Source of the DNA: Squalus acanthias
Lineage: Eukaryota
Length of the DNA stretch: 64,000 bases
Direction of reading: 5' to 3'
Assembly (NCBI GenBank): GCA_030390025.1
Contig: JASTWF010000034.1
Location: 1,550,001-1,614,000 of the forward strand
Shown one piece after another: positions 48,261-59,992 of the stretch (within the stretch, counting starts at the first letter, position 1; every line of letters starts with the position of its first letter). The position numbers and the translations under genes were made by a program. The notes under the pieces were generated by a model. It had not been told where the DNA came from, searched no databases, and saw nothing but the letters and a program-made list of their open reading frames with translations.

Positions 48261-50460
48261 ACATCAGAGAGACACCAGCAGAGGGCGGTAGAGATAGGCA
48301 TGCAACTGAGTGTCCTGTGATAGAGAGAAACCAACAGAGGGAGAGAGAGAGAAAGGTGTGTAACTCTGTGTAGTGACTGATACAGAAGCAAATAGAGAGA
48401 GAAACCTCAGGCCCAGCACAAGCGGGGCCAAGAACAGGCCCCAGTGAACAAGCTCGATTTGGGGAATGGGACCTACTTTGTCCCCATCCTCGCCCCCTCT
48501 TCCTTTCGTCTGCTGTAAACGCCCCCTGTCACTATCTCTCTCTCTCCCTCTCTTTTGTTCACGCTCCCCCTCTCTCTGTTCCTGTACAGGTTCCCATCTC
48601 TGTCCCTCTTTTTCATTCACTCATCTGCTCTCTCTGTTTCTTTCTCTCTATCTCAGCTTTAATCTTGATTGAAATGTACTCTGAAAGTTTTCTGTCATTT
48701 AAAATGACGACAAATCACATTGCTGTGGGCGGCATTTTTTAGATTTTAAGGGGGAAAAATTTGGTTGCTTTGCAAAGAGACAGAGAAAGCTGGAGAGAGA
48801 GAAAGCTAGAGAGAGAGGGAGAAAGCTAGAGAGAGATAAAGAGAGAAATCTAGAGAGAGAGAAAGCTAGAGAGAGAGGGAGAAAGCTAGAGAGAGATAAA
48901 GAGAGAAATCTAGAGAGAGAGAAAGCTAGAGAGAGAGAGAGAAAGCTACACAGAGAGAGAGAGAGAGCTACACAGAGAGAAAGGGAAAGCTAGAGAGAGA
49001 GATCTAGAGAGAGATCTAGAAAGAGAGAAAGCTGGAGGCAGACAGGGAAAGCTGGAGAGAGATAACAACAGCAACTTATCTTCGTATAGTACCTTTAATG
49101 TAGTAAATCCTCCCAGGGCGCTTCACAGGAGTGTTATAAAACAAAATTTCACATCGAGCCACATAAAAGAGAAAGATGGAGAAAGACAGAGAAAGATAGA
49201 GAGAGAGAGCGAAAGCTGGAGTGAAATAGACACAGTAATAAATCCACACTGAGAACCCCAGTGAAATTGATTAAAATTGGCCACCGCGCATCTCATTTAA
49301 CCGTCAAAATCATTGCACTGCCCAAAACACCAGCATTATTCTGCAATTATAACCAGACTTGCACAGGTTCACGTTGAGGAATTTACTTTCCTCTTGGTTC
49401 CGCACCAGGGGTTAACATGTTTCTGACAGATTGCAAGGCTGGGGCTTCTTTAACCCCAGGCTTTAAACTTGTTGAAAAAGCAAGGCCCACAACTCAACAG
49501 TAACAAGTTAACCCGAGGCACCAGAATCCCAGTGTCCCCGAGAGGAAATGCAACCCCGGGGTAATAAACAGACACAAACTCACGTGGGCCCATTGGGTGC
49601 AGCCTCGGGGCGAAGGTCTCGGATTGGCCAATGCGGAGAAAGCTCTTGTCCAATGCATTCCTCATCCCAAAGCTCTCTCGCTCACTCTGCATCTTGTTAC
49701 AGCTTTGCAAATATAATAAATGTCATTGGGAGAAGAGAGATAGAAGGAGATTGGTTAAGAAACAAAGAAAAAAATGCACAGCAAGAGCCCAGATCTCCCT
49801 CTCTCGGTTATACAGAAAATCTCTTAACAACATCCCATTACGAACAAACCCCGGTTAGAAACCAGAGGATCTAAAGAGTTAATGATTCAGACAGAGAGAA
49901 ATTCCAAACTGCACAACAAACACACACAGCAGACTGAAAGAGATATCCCTTCTCCTCGAGGGAGGAGGGATTGGGACTGGGACTCCGCCACCAGGTGAGC
50001 AGATGGCAGATTCCACCGCTTGAGCCATTGACATGTTGGCTTTTCTCCCTAGGGGCCCTGTCCATTATCATGCTAATCCAAGGATAGCCCAGGGAAGCAC
50101 ACTGGCAAGGGTCATGCTTTTCCGTTCTGAACGACACAGGATGCAAGATGTTTATTGTAAACACCCGAGACAAGGACATGTTTAAAAAATGTCTGGCCAA
50201 CGCCAGAGACTTCAAACACAGGATATGGTGGAATATACAAAACCCAACGTTCCCAGACCAGATGAGGCAGAAGATGTTGGCACACATTCTAGTTCGGCAT
50301 CTCTTGTGTCTTTGGAGCAGGTTCTGTTTAATTTTAACATTTCTCTCTCGAATAATAGGCCTGAGAGAGATCCTGAGACAAATTGAGAACAGATATTCTA
50401 AGAATTTGAAAGAGAGCAATGTGCTATTGCATTGCAAATGACGATTATTTTGCAAAGTGA

Positions 50461-52031
50461 AAGAACATAAGAAACAGGAGCATGAGTAGCTCAATCGGCC
50501 CCTCGAGCCTGCTCCCCCATTCAATAAGATCATGGCTGATCCAATCTTGGCCTCAGCACTACTTTCCCGCTTTCTCCCCATACCCCTTGACATCCTTCTC
50601 ATTCAAATGTCTGTCAATCTCTGCCATGAATATATTCCATGACTCCACCTCCACCGCTCTCTGGGGTAGAGAATTCCAAAAGATTCACTAACTTCTGAGA
50701 GAAGAAATTTAATTAATCTCCGACTTAATTCAGCGACCCCTTAGTCTGAAACTACGCCCCCTAGTTCTAGATACCCCCACTAGGGGAAACATCCTCTCAG
50801 CATCCACACTTCCAATCCCCCTCAGAATCTTATATGTTTACATAAGATCACCTCTCATTCTTCTAAACGCCTATGAGTATTGGCCCAACCTGCTCAAACT
50901 TTCGTCAGACATCAACCCCTTCATCCTAGGAATCAACCTAGCGAACCTTCTCTGTACTGCCCCCCAATGCAAGTGTATCCTTCCTTAAATATCGAGACGA
51001 CAACTGTACGCAGTACTCCAGGTGCGGTTTCACCAGCGCCCTGTAAATTTGCATCAAAACTTCCCTACTTATATAATCCATACCCCTTGCAATAAAGGCC
51101 AACATTCCATTAGCCTTCTTAATTACTTGCTGTGCCTGCATGCTAACTTTACGTGCTTCATGTACTAGGACCCCCAAATACCTTTGTACCACAGCATTTT
51201 GTAGTCTCACTTCATTTAAATAATAATTTGCGTTTTCATTCTTCCTTCCAAAGTGGTAACCTCACATTTTACCACATTATACTCCATCTGCCAAGTTTTT
51301 GCCCACTCACTTAACGTATCTATATCCCTTTGCAGACTCTTTGTGTCCTCCTCAGAACTTGCCAACCCAACTATCTTTGTATCATCAGCAAATTTGGCTC
51401 CAGTACACTCGGTCCCTTCATCCAAGTAATTGATAAAGATTGTAAATAGTTGAGGCTCCTGCACTGATCCCTGTGGCACCCCACTAGTTACTGATTGCCA
51501 GCCGGAAAATGACCCATTGTTCATGACTCTCTGTTTTCTGTTAGTTAGCCAATCCCCTATCCATGCAAAAATATTACCCACATCCCCATGCGCTCTTATC
51601 TTGTGCAGTATCCTTTTATGTGGCACCTTATCAAATGCCTTCTAGAAATCCAAATACACTACATCCACGGGTTCCTCTTTATCCACCCTGTTTGTTACAT
51701 CCTCAAAGAACTCCAGCAAATTTGTCAAACACGATTTCACTTTCATAAAACCAGGTTGACTCTGCTTCATTGTCTTATGATTTTCTAAATGTCCTGCTAT
51801 TACCCCCTTAATAATGGATTCCAGCATTTTCCCAAAGACCTATGTTAGGCTAACTGGCCTATAGCTTTCTGCTTTCTGCCCCCCTCCTCTCTTGAATAGT
51901 GGCATTACATTTGCAGTTTTCCAATCCACTGCTCCCATTCCAGAATCCAAGTAATTTTGGTAGATTACAACCAAAGCATCCACTATCTCTGCAGCCACTT
52001 ATTTTAAGACCGTGGGATGCAGGCCATCAGG
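50461..52031 (-). mobile_element. 5'-truncated CR1 LINE
   Basis: SCLTNLLEFFEDVT, GVPQGSV, KFADDTK, KKANGMLAFIARG; aagaacataagaaac tail at 50461. Confidence 0.92.
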
Positions 52032-53040
52032 TATTCCATTGCAATGTGCTATTGAATTGCAAATGACGATTATACTGCACAGCGATATTACATTGCAATA
52101 TGCTATTGCATTGCAAATGACTATTATATTGTAAAGTGATATTCCATTGCAATTTGCTATTGCATTGCAAATGACTATTACATTGCAAACTGATATTCTA
52201 TTGCAATGGGCTATTGCATTGCAAATAACTATTATATAGCAAATTTATTGTCCATTGCAATCTGCTATTGCGTTGCATATGACTATTATTTTGCAAAGTG
52301 ATATTCCATTGCCATGTTCTATTGCATTACAAATTACTATTATATTGCAAAGTGATATCGTATTGAAATGTTCAATTGCATTGCAAATTCTGATTATATT
52401 GCAATTTGATTTTCCATTGCGATGTGCTTTTGCATTGCAAATGACACTAATATTGCATAGTTACATTCCATTGCAATGTGTTATTGCTTTGCAAATGAAG
52501 ATTATATTGAAAAGCGATATTCCATTATAATGTGCTATTGCATTTACATGACTATTATATTGCAAAGTTATATTACATTGCAAAATGCTATTGTATTTCA
52601 AATGACTATAATATTGCAAAGTGATATTCCATGGCAATGTACTTTTGCATTGCAAATGACTATTATATTGCAAAGCGAAATTCTATTGCAATGTGCTTTT
52701 GCATTGCAAATGGCGATTATATTGCAAAGTGATATTCCATTCCAATGTGCTATTGCATTTCAAATGACTATTATATTTCAAAGTGATATTCCATTGCAAT
52801 GTTCTATTGCATTGCAAATGACGATTATATTGCAAAGCTATATTCCATTGCAAAGTGCTATTGCATTGCAAATGACTATTATATTGCAAAGTGATATTCC
52901 ATTGAAATGTGCTATTGCATTGCAAATCAATATTATACTGCAAAGTCAGATTCCATTGCAAAGGCAGATTCCACTTTAAAGCACTATTATAATGCAGCGA
53001 TTTTCCATTGTAACGTGCTATTGCATTGCAAGTGACTATT
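52032..53040. repeat. AT-rich minisatellite, 54-bp unit gatattccattgcaatgtgctattgcattgcaaatgactattatattgcaaagt, about 19 copies
   Basis: Directly visible, with an 18-aa periodic pseudo-ORF; one further partial unit at 50416-50460. Confidence 0.95.
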
Positions 53041-53044
53041 ATAT

Positions 53045-53345
53045 AGGGGTCACTGTTTAAAGATAAGGGGTTGCCCATTTAAGACAGAGATGAGGCGATT
53101 TTTTTTTCACAGAGGGTACTGAATCTTTGGAACTCTCTTCCTCAGAGGACGGTAGAAGCAAAGTCTCTGAATATTTTTAAGGAGATGTAGATAGATTCTT
53201 GATAAACAAGGGAGTGTAAGGTTATCAGGGGGTAGGCGGGAATGAGAAGTAATCAGATCAGCCATGATCTTATTGAATGGCGGAGCAGGCTGGATGGCCC
53301 GAGTGGCCTACTCCTGCTCCTGATTCGTATGCTCGTAAGTACGTA
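53045..53345 (+). mobile_element. CR1 3' end fragment
   Basis: aggggtcactgtttaaagataagggg...gatcagccatgatcttattgaatggcggagcagg...cctactcctgctcc. Confidence 0.8.
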
Positions 53346-53559
53346 ATTTCGTATTCTACATCGATCTCATTAGCCAATTTACCCGTTCCAAATCATCTGC
53401 CATTTTGGTGAGGTTTGCTCTTATGAAATCTGGTACGAGCTGCAGGTTCTCAGTACCTTTACGATAGCAAAATACTGCGGATGCTGGAAATCCGAAATAA
53501 CAACAGAAAACGCTGGAAAAACTCAGCAGGCCAGGCAGCATCCGTGGAGAGAGAAAGAG

Positions 53560-53596
53560 AGTTAACGTTTCAGGTCGATGACCTTTCATCAGAACT
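53560..53596 (-). ncRNA. Minimal type I hammerhead ribozyme motif (best-preserved copy), within a solo Penelope terminal repeat at about 53467-53610
   Basis: AGUU-CUGAUGA-A-AGGUC-AUC-GACCU-GAA-ACGU-U-AACU: perfect stems I and II, palindromic ACGU in place of stem III, GUU triplet. Confidence 0.72.
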
Positions 53597-53987
53597 GGGA
53601 AGAGCCGGAAATCAAATAGATTTAAGGCCAGGGTACCTTTACTTCTCAGTACCTTTAGTTCCACTGTGGAACTCGCTACCACATGGAGTAGTTGAGGCAA
53701 ATAACATAGATGCATTTTAGGGAGTGTTGTATCAGTAAATGAGGGTCAGAGGAATAGAAGGATGTGAGATTAAGTAGGGTGGGAGGAGGCTCGTCCAGAG
53801 CATAATCACCGACATGAACCAGTTGGGCCGAATGGCATGTTTCTGTGATGTAAATTCTATCTAATGTAATAGATTAATGTACCTTCTACACTACCCATCA
53901 AATACTTCAAGAGCAGGTACAGCATGCGTTAGGTACAGGTAAAAGCTAATTCTACACTGTCTCATCAAACATTGCCATGGCAGGTGC

Positions 53988-54757
53988 ATAAGAACATAAG
54001 AACATAAGACGTAGCAGCAGGAGTGCATCATTTGGCCTCTCGAGCCAGCTCCACCATTCAATAAGATCATGGCTGATCTGATCTTGGCCTCAACTCAACT
54101 CCACGTCCCTGCCTGCTACCCATAACCCTTGATTCCCTTACCTTTCAAAAATCTGTCTATCTCCACCTTAAATCTATTCAATGAACCAGCCTCCACAGTT
54201 CTCTGGGGAAGAGAATTCCAAAGACTCACGACCCTCTGAGAGAAGAAATTCCTCCTAATTTCCGATATAAATGGGTGGCCCCTTATTCTGAAACTATGCC
54301 CCATAGTTCTGAATTCCCCCATGAGCGGAAACATCCTCTCTGCATCTACCCTGTCAAGCCCCTTCAGAATCTTATATGTTTCAATAAGCTCCGCTCTCTT
54401 TCTTCTAAACTCCAATGAGTATAGGCCCAACCTGCTTCAAACTTTCTTCTTAAGACAACACCTTCATCTCCGGAATCAACCTCATGAACCTTCTCTCAAC
54501 TGCCTCCCATGTAAGTATATCCTTCCTGAAATAAGGAGACCAAAACTGAACGCAGTACTCCAGGTCTGGTCTCACCAAGGCCCTGTACAGTTGTAACCGG
54601 GCTTCACTACTTTTCGACTCCATTCCCTTTGCAATAAAGGCCAACACTTCATTTGCCTTCCTAATTACTTGCTGTACCTGCATGCTAACTTTTTGTGATT
54701 CATGTACAAGGACACCCATATCCCTCTGCACCTCACCATTTTGTAATCTCTCATTTT
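53988..54757 (-). mobile_element. 5'-truncated CR1 LINE
   Basis: LYRALVRPDLEYCVQFWSP, LIETYKILKGLDRVD; aagaacat tail. Absent from the paralogous site near 29822. Confidence 0.9.
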
Positions 54758-54894
54758 GCAGCACCTGTTTTTCATAGGGTAAATCTCCCTCAACACTGTG
54801 CCATCAAATTCTCCCAAGGCAAGTACAGCATGAGTAAAGCTCCCGCTACCCAATCCCACCAAACACACCCAGGGCAGGTACAGCACAGACATTC

Positions 54895-55040
54895 CCTTTT
54901 GTTCTTTCCTCCGATCCCCCCTTTCCCTGCCTCTGTACTTGCTTAAACTCTGTTACATCTGGAACATTTGCCAGTTCTGATGAAAGGTCATCGACCTGAA
55001 ACATTAACTCTGTTTGTCTCTCCACAGATGCTGCCTGATT
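54895..55040 (+). mobile_element. Solo Penelope-type terminal repeat with a hammerhead motif at 54973-55009
   Basis: agttctgatgaaaggtcatcgacctgaaacattaact followed by ctgtttgtctctccacagatgctgcctga. Confidence 0.75.
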
Positions 55041-55835
55041 AGGTGTGCAATGTTCCCTGTAAGGTGCGTGGGTGCGCGGCGATCTGTAAGGTCCCGCGCA
55101 CTGAAATTCACAGGCAGTGTAGTGAGCTGCGGTGGGCGGAGGGGTCCAATACGCAATGACCCGCGAATCCTCACAGAGCCGTTTGTGACCTCACAGAGAC
55201 GATCAGAATTGGAGCAATATTTGCTGAGATGTGGAGCCTTGGAAGCCGGCGAGTGTTGTCTCGGGATTCCTTCAGTACTTTTTCCCTGGAGACGCATGTA
55301 GTCCGTTCCCGGGGACTGAGCGGCGGCCGCACTTTGGAACACCACAGGTGGAGGCGCAGCGCGTATACAATGGTACAATGGCCGCTGGAAGGAGGCGAAA
55401 ACAAACATTTTTTAGCCCCGCGTTGAAACAAAACTTTGAGGGTTTTTTTTAATTCTGCAAATTGTTTAAAGCTGGAAAAGGATACGGGAAAGTGATGTTG
55501 AATGTTTCGTGGTAAGTTCCAGTTCAATTTTGCCAGGGCTCGTCCCCTTTTTGAAATAGTTTATCCGGATTATTTAAATCATGTTGCGAGAGAGGGGAAA
55601 TGTTTGTGCCCCCGTTTGTACCTCAGAGTCTGAGAGACAGAGGGAACGGCAGCAGAAAAGGAGGAAAATAAATCTTTAAACTGATCCCAACTCATCGCCA
55701 AAGCTGGGGAGAGATAACCTCACCGCCTTCTTAGGAAGTTTAACCACTTTATTCACTTTCTGATTTGAGCTCCGTATGGAATTAGACTTTATTTTATGTT
55801 TTTTGTTGTATGTTTGAGGACAGCATTGAAGGGGA

Positions 55836-57300
55836 TACTTTACATCAGCATTCGGGGGTAATGTTGAAATCTACCCAGGTATGTCCTGTCCACAAAAAGC
55901 AGGACAAATCGAACCCGGCCAATTACTGCCCCATCAGTCTACTCTCAATCCTCAGCAAAGTGATGGATGGTGTCATCGACAGTGCTATCAAGCGGCACCT
56001 ACTCAACAATAACCTGCTCACTGATGCCAAGTTTGGGTTCCGCCAAGACCACTCGGCTCCCGACCTCATTGCAGCCTTGGTCCAAACATGGACAAAGGAG
56101 CTGAATTCCAGAGGTGAGGTGAGAGTGACTGCCCTTGACATCAAGGCAGCATTTGATGGAGTCTGGCATCAAGGTGCCCTAGTAAAACTGAAGTCATTGG
56201 GATTCAGTGGGAAAACTCTCCATTGGCTGGAGTCAAACCCAGCACAAAGGAAGATGGTTGTGGTGGTTGAAGGTCAATCCTCACAGCCCCAGGACATCGC
56301 TGCAGGATTTCTTCAGGGCATTGTCCTAGGCCCAACCACCTTCAGCTGCTTCATCAATGACCTTCCCTGCAACATAAGGTCAGAAATGAGGATGTTCGCT
56401 GACGACTGCACGGTGTTCAACGCCATTCACAACTCCACAGATAATGAAGCAGTCTATGCCCGCCTGCAACAAGACCTGGACGATGTTCAGGCTTGGGCTG
56501 ATAAGTGGCAGGTAATATTCGCGCCACAGAAGTGCCAGGCAATGACTATCTCCAACACGAGGGAGTCTAACCACCTCCACTTGACATTCAATGGCATTAC
56601 CAACGCCGGATCCCCCACTATCAACATCCTGGGGGTCACCATTAACCAGAAACTTAACTGGACCAGCCACATAAATAATGTGGCAACAAGAGCAGGTCAG
56701 AGGCCAGTAATTCTGCGACGAGTGTCTCACTTCCTGACTCCTCAAAGACTTTCCACCATCTAAAACGCACAAGTAAGGAGTGTGATGGAATACTTTTCAC
56801 TTGCCTGTATGAGTGCAGCTCCAACAACACTCAAGAGGCTCGATCCCATCCAGGACAAAGCAGCCCGTTTGATTGGCAGACCATCCACCACCTTTAACAA
56901 TCACCCCCTCCACCACCGGTTTACCGTGGCTGCAGTGTGCACCATCTACATGATGCACTGCAGCAACCCGCCAAGGCTTCTTCGTAAGCACCTCCCAAAA
57001 CTGCAACCTCTTCCACCTAGAAGGACAACAGGCGCATGGGGACACCACCACCTTCAAGTTCCCCTCCAAGTCACACACCATCCTGACTCAGAAGCATATC
57101 GCCGATCCTTCATCGTCGCTGGGTCAAAATCCTGGAACTCCCTCCCTAACAGCACAGTGGGAGTACCTTCACCACACGGACTGCAGCGGTTCAAGAAGTC
57201 GGCTCACCACCACCGTCTCAAGGGCAACTAGGGATGGGCAATAAATGCTGGCATTGCCAGCGAAGCCCTGATCGCACAAAACGAATAAAAATAAATTATA
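55836..57300 (+). mobile_element. 5'-truncated LINE of a second CR1-superfamily lineage (HER1-like), RT domain
   Basis: NYCPISLLS, FGFRQDHS, ALDIKAAFDGVWH, QGIVLGP, MFADD, LGVT. The 3' tail agggatgggcaataaatgctgg is shared with the HE1-like SINE. Confidence 0.85.
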
Positions 57301-57849
57301 AAAAGAATGTAATATAGATTTCCTCTTAAACATTTAGTGGAGTGTTAATAGAAACATTAGTTATGTAATGATATATAAAAATTGCAGATTACACTTTAGA
57401 AGAAACCCCTCTCTTTATTGAGAAAGAAACAGAACATACTTTGATTAAATTGACAACGTAAAATTCGATTTGGTTTGAATGTTTGATATAGGAGATTAAA
57501 AATTGTGAGTACAATGAAGTTTCTTTCCCGCTTTTAATTGCGAAGTAACTAAAATAATTCAACACTTTTCGTGCTAAGAGCACGGAATAATATTGTGGTG
57601 AATGTTTGAGAGAAAAACATTCGAAGCGAAATTGGTAAATTATAAATCTTCACGTCAACATATGAGTAAACAACGTTTATTAATGTAAGTGATTGAAGTT
57701 GAAAATACGGATACCCATTTTGTTCAGTTCTTTTTAATACTGCGAATTAAAGAACTACAGCACTTTATATTTGTTGATTGTCTGGTTGCATTCGGATTAA
57801 TATTCTTATAACTTACGTGGACGTAATATGTGGATGGAATATAAGGTGG

Positions 57850-58490
57850 AGAAATGTGAAGTTATCCACTTTGGTAGGAAAATTAGAAAAGCAGAGTATT
57901 TTTGAAATGGTGTGAGATTGGGAAATGTTGGTGTTCAGAGGGACCTGGCTTTCCTTCTGCAAAAATAACTGAACGTTAACCTGCAGGTACAGCAAGCAAT
58001 TAGGAAAGCAAATGGTATGTTGGCCTTTAATACAAGAGCATTTGATTATAAAAGTAAAGACGTCTTATGGCAATTATATAGGGCCCTGGTGAGACCACAG
58101 CTGGAGTATTGTGTACAGTTTTGGTCGCCTTACCTAAGGAAGGATATACTTGCCATAGAGGGAGTGCAGCGAATGTTCACCAGACTGTTTCCTGGGATGG
58201 GGGATTGTCCTCTGAGGAGAGATTGAGTAGACTAGACCAAGAAAGTACCAGGTTGTCGTAAAAACCCATCTGGTTCACTAATGGCGTTTAGGGAAGGAAA
58301 TCTGCCGTCCATACCTAAAATATGACTCCAGACACACTGCAATGTTATTGATTCTTAACTGGCCTCTGAAATGGCCCAGCAAGACACTCGCTTATCTCAG
58401 GCGGCTCACAACCACCCTCTCCAGGGAAAATAGGGATGGGCAATAAATGCTGGCCTTGTCAGCGATGCCTACATCCAAATAATGAATTAT
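57850..58490 (+). mobile_element. CR1 fragment (about 57850-58235) joined to the 3' part of an HE1-like SINE (about 58238-58490)
   Basis: LYRALVRPQLEYCVQFWSPY; then aaaacccatctggttcactaatg...agggatgggcaataaatgctggcc. Confidence 0.75.
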
Positions 58491-58805
58491 AAAAATGATT
58501 TATTTATTGTCATAATGATTTAAAAAGCATCATAATGTTTTATTAATTGCCATAATGATTTAAAAAGGGATATAAAGATATGCAAAGTGGTGTAAGATTT
58601 TAAAGTATTATAAAGTGTTATAATGATTTATAGAGTCCTGGTTCCAGGCCTCCTCCTCCCCGGGCTGGGCTGCTCCTGCTTCTGTGGGACGGGCCGGGCT
58701 GGGCTGCTCCTCCTCGTCGCCCACTCGCATGGTAAATGGGAGTCCAACTGCTGCCGCCCTCCGGATGATCGCCTCCCGCCGCCAGGGAACGGCCGCAAGT
58801 GAGGG

Positions 58806-58940
58806 CCACCATCATTGTGCGGATCCCCAGAGTCGCCATCTTTGTGCCGGTCCCCCACAGCTGCCATCATTGTACGGGGCGCCAGAGCCGCCATCTTTGT
58901 GCGGGGCGCCAGATCCGCCATCTTTGTGCTGGGCGCCACA
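58806..58940. repeat. Five units of the 27-28-bp CpG-rich repeat, 3' of gene C
   Basis: gccatctttgtgc-type cores; reverse complement of the 22615-23980 unit. Confidence 0.85.
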
Positions 58941-59090
58941 ATATCAGGCCCAGTGAGCACAGTGCAGACAATGTGTGAGTGAACGTGTGAATGTCCCAGA
59001 TAACCGGGCCGCCGGCCCAGAACTGGCGAGAGCTGCTCACCACAATATCAGGCACAGGGAAGTCTCGGGCTGCAAAGTCTCCGCTTCTTC

Positions 59091-59992
59091 TCATCTTTTA
59101 ATGTATTTTACAATCAGAGTAAAGGGATATTTCCCCACATTCTTCAACTGCTCTCTGAACTTAGTCTGGGTTACGGCGTAAATCCCAGTGTTTGTGCAGC
59201 AACTCAGCAGCTGCAGCATGAATCCCACTTCCATTACATAAAAAGGTAGATCTACAGAATAATCCCCCAAATTCCTCATCCGCCACCATATAGAAAACAC
59301 CATCAACACTGCCCATAAAAGGATGAAATTGCCGGAGATAACAAGCAGTAAAATGATGGATTTCCTGCGGCTCTCCATCTCTGGGTCTCTGGGACTCTTC
59401 CCACTGCTGGGGCCCCGGAGTCTCCTGCGTGCTCTGTTGGCCACTAAAATGTGTCTGACGGTGACAGCATTGAGCAGCAGAATTACCACAAATGCGATCC
59501 CCGGGGTGAGAATATAATGAAGGAACTCGATTGGTCCCCAGACCAGTGACAACTGAACATCCATTGTGACATGACAAAACCAGGGGAGGTTCCCATGCGC
59601 ATACCGATCTGTGAACATAAAATACCAGATGATGTTCTTTAAACCGCTCAGCACAGTCACTGTTCCCAGAACCACAGCCGCCGTTTTCTCGGTGCAATAT
59701 TTCGTTTTCAGCTTCTGGCAACAAATGGCTACAAATCGATCAAAGGTGAAAGTAACGGTGAACCAGACAGAACAGTCTGTGGCTGCGAACAGCAGGACGG
59801 CGTGGATATTACACACGGGGATGGACCACAGGAAATGAAACTGTTCCGAATAAATAATCGGAATTTGCCTCAATATCAGGTCGAGGATAACGACCAGTAG
59901 ATCTGCCGCTGCCATGGCCACCAGGTAGCGAGTGACACATTTGGAGAGGCCGCACTTTCCCCGAGACAGGATCACAATCGTCACGAAGTTCA
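59091..59992 (-). CDS. GPR139-like: Gene C exon 2: GPR139-like class A GPCR; exon 1 lies beyond position 64000
   Basis: Same phase-1 acceptor tttcccttcctcacAG (G at 59993). Open frame (V)NFVTIVILSRGKCGLSKC...TFDRFVAIC...NTGIY...IKR*, collinear with gene B exon 2 with no indels. Confidence 0.92.

Noticed and set aside
49581..49596. ER-stress element (CCAAT-N9-CCACG)
   Set aside because: The spacing here is 4 nt, not 9.
49871..50602. 243-aa minus-strand ORF
   Set aside because: It begins in a CR1 3' UTR and crosses a satellite unit; no recognisable domain.
52255..52979. 18-aa periodic ORF (QSDIPLQCAIALQMTIIL)n as a repeat protein
   Set aside because: Frameshifts between segments, no splice or start context, and the array is interrupted by a CR1.
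13130..53040. Regular repeat arrays as possible CRISPR arrays
   Set aside because: Units are head-to-tail with no unique spacers, there are no cas genes, and the context is eukaryotic.
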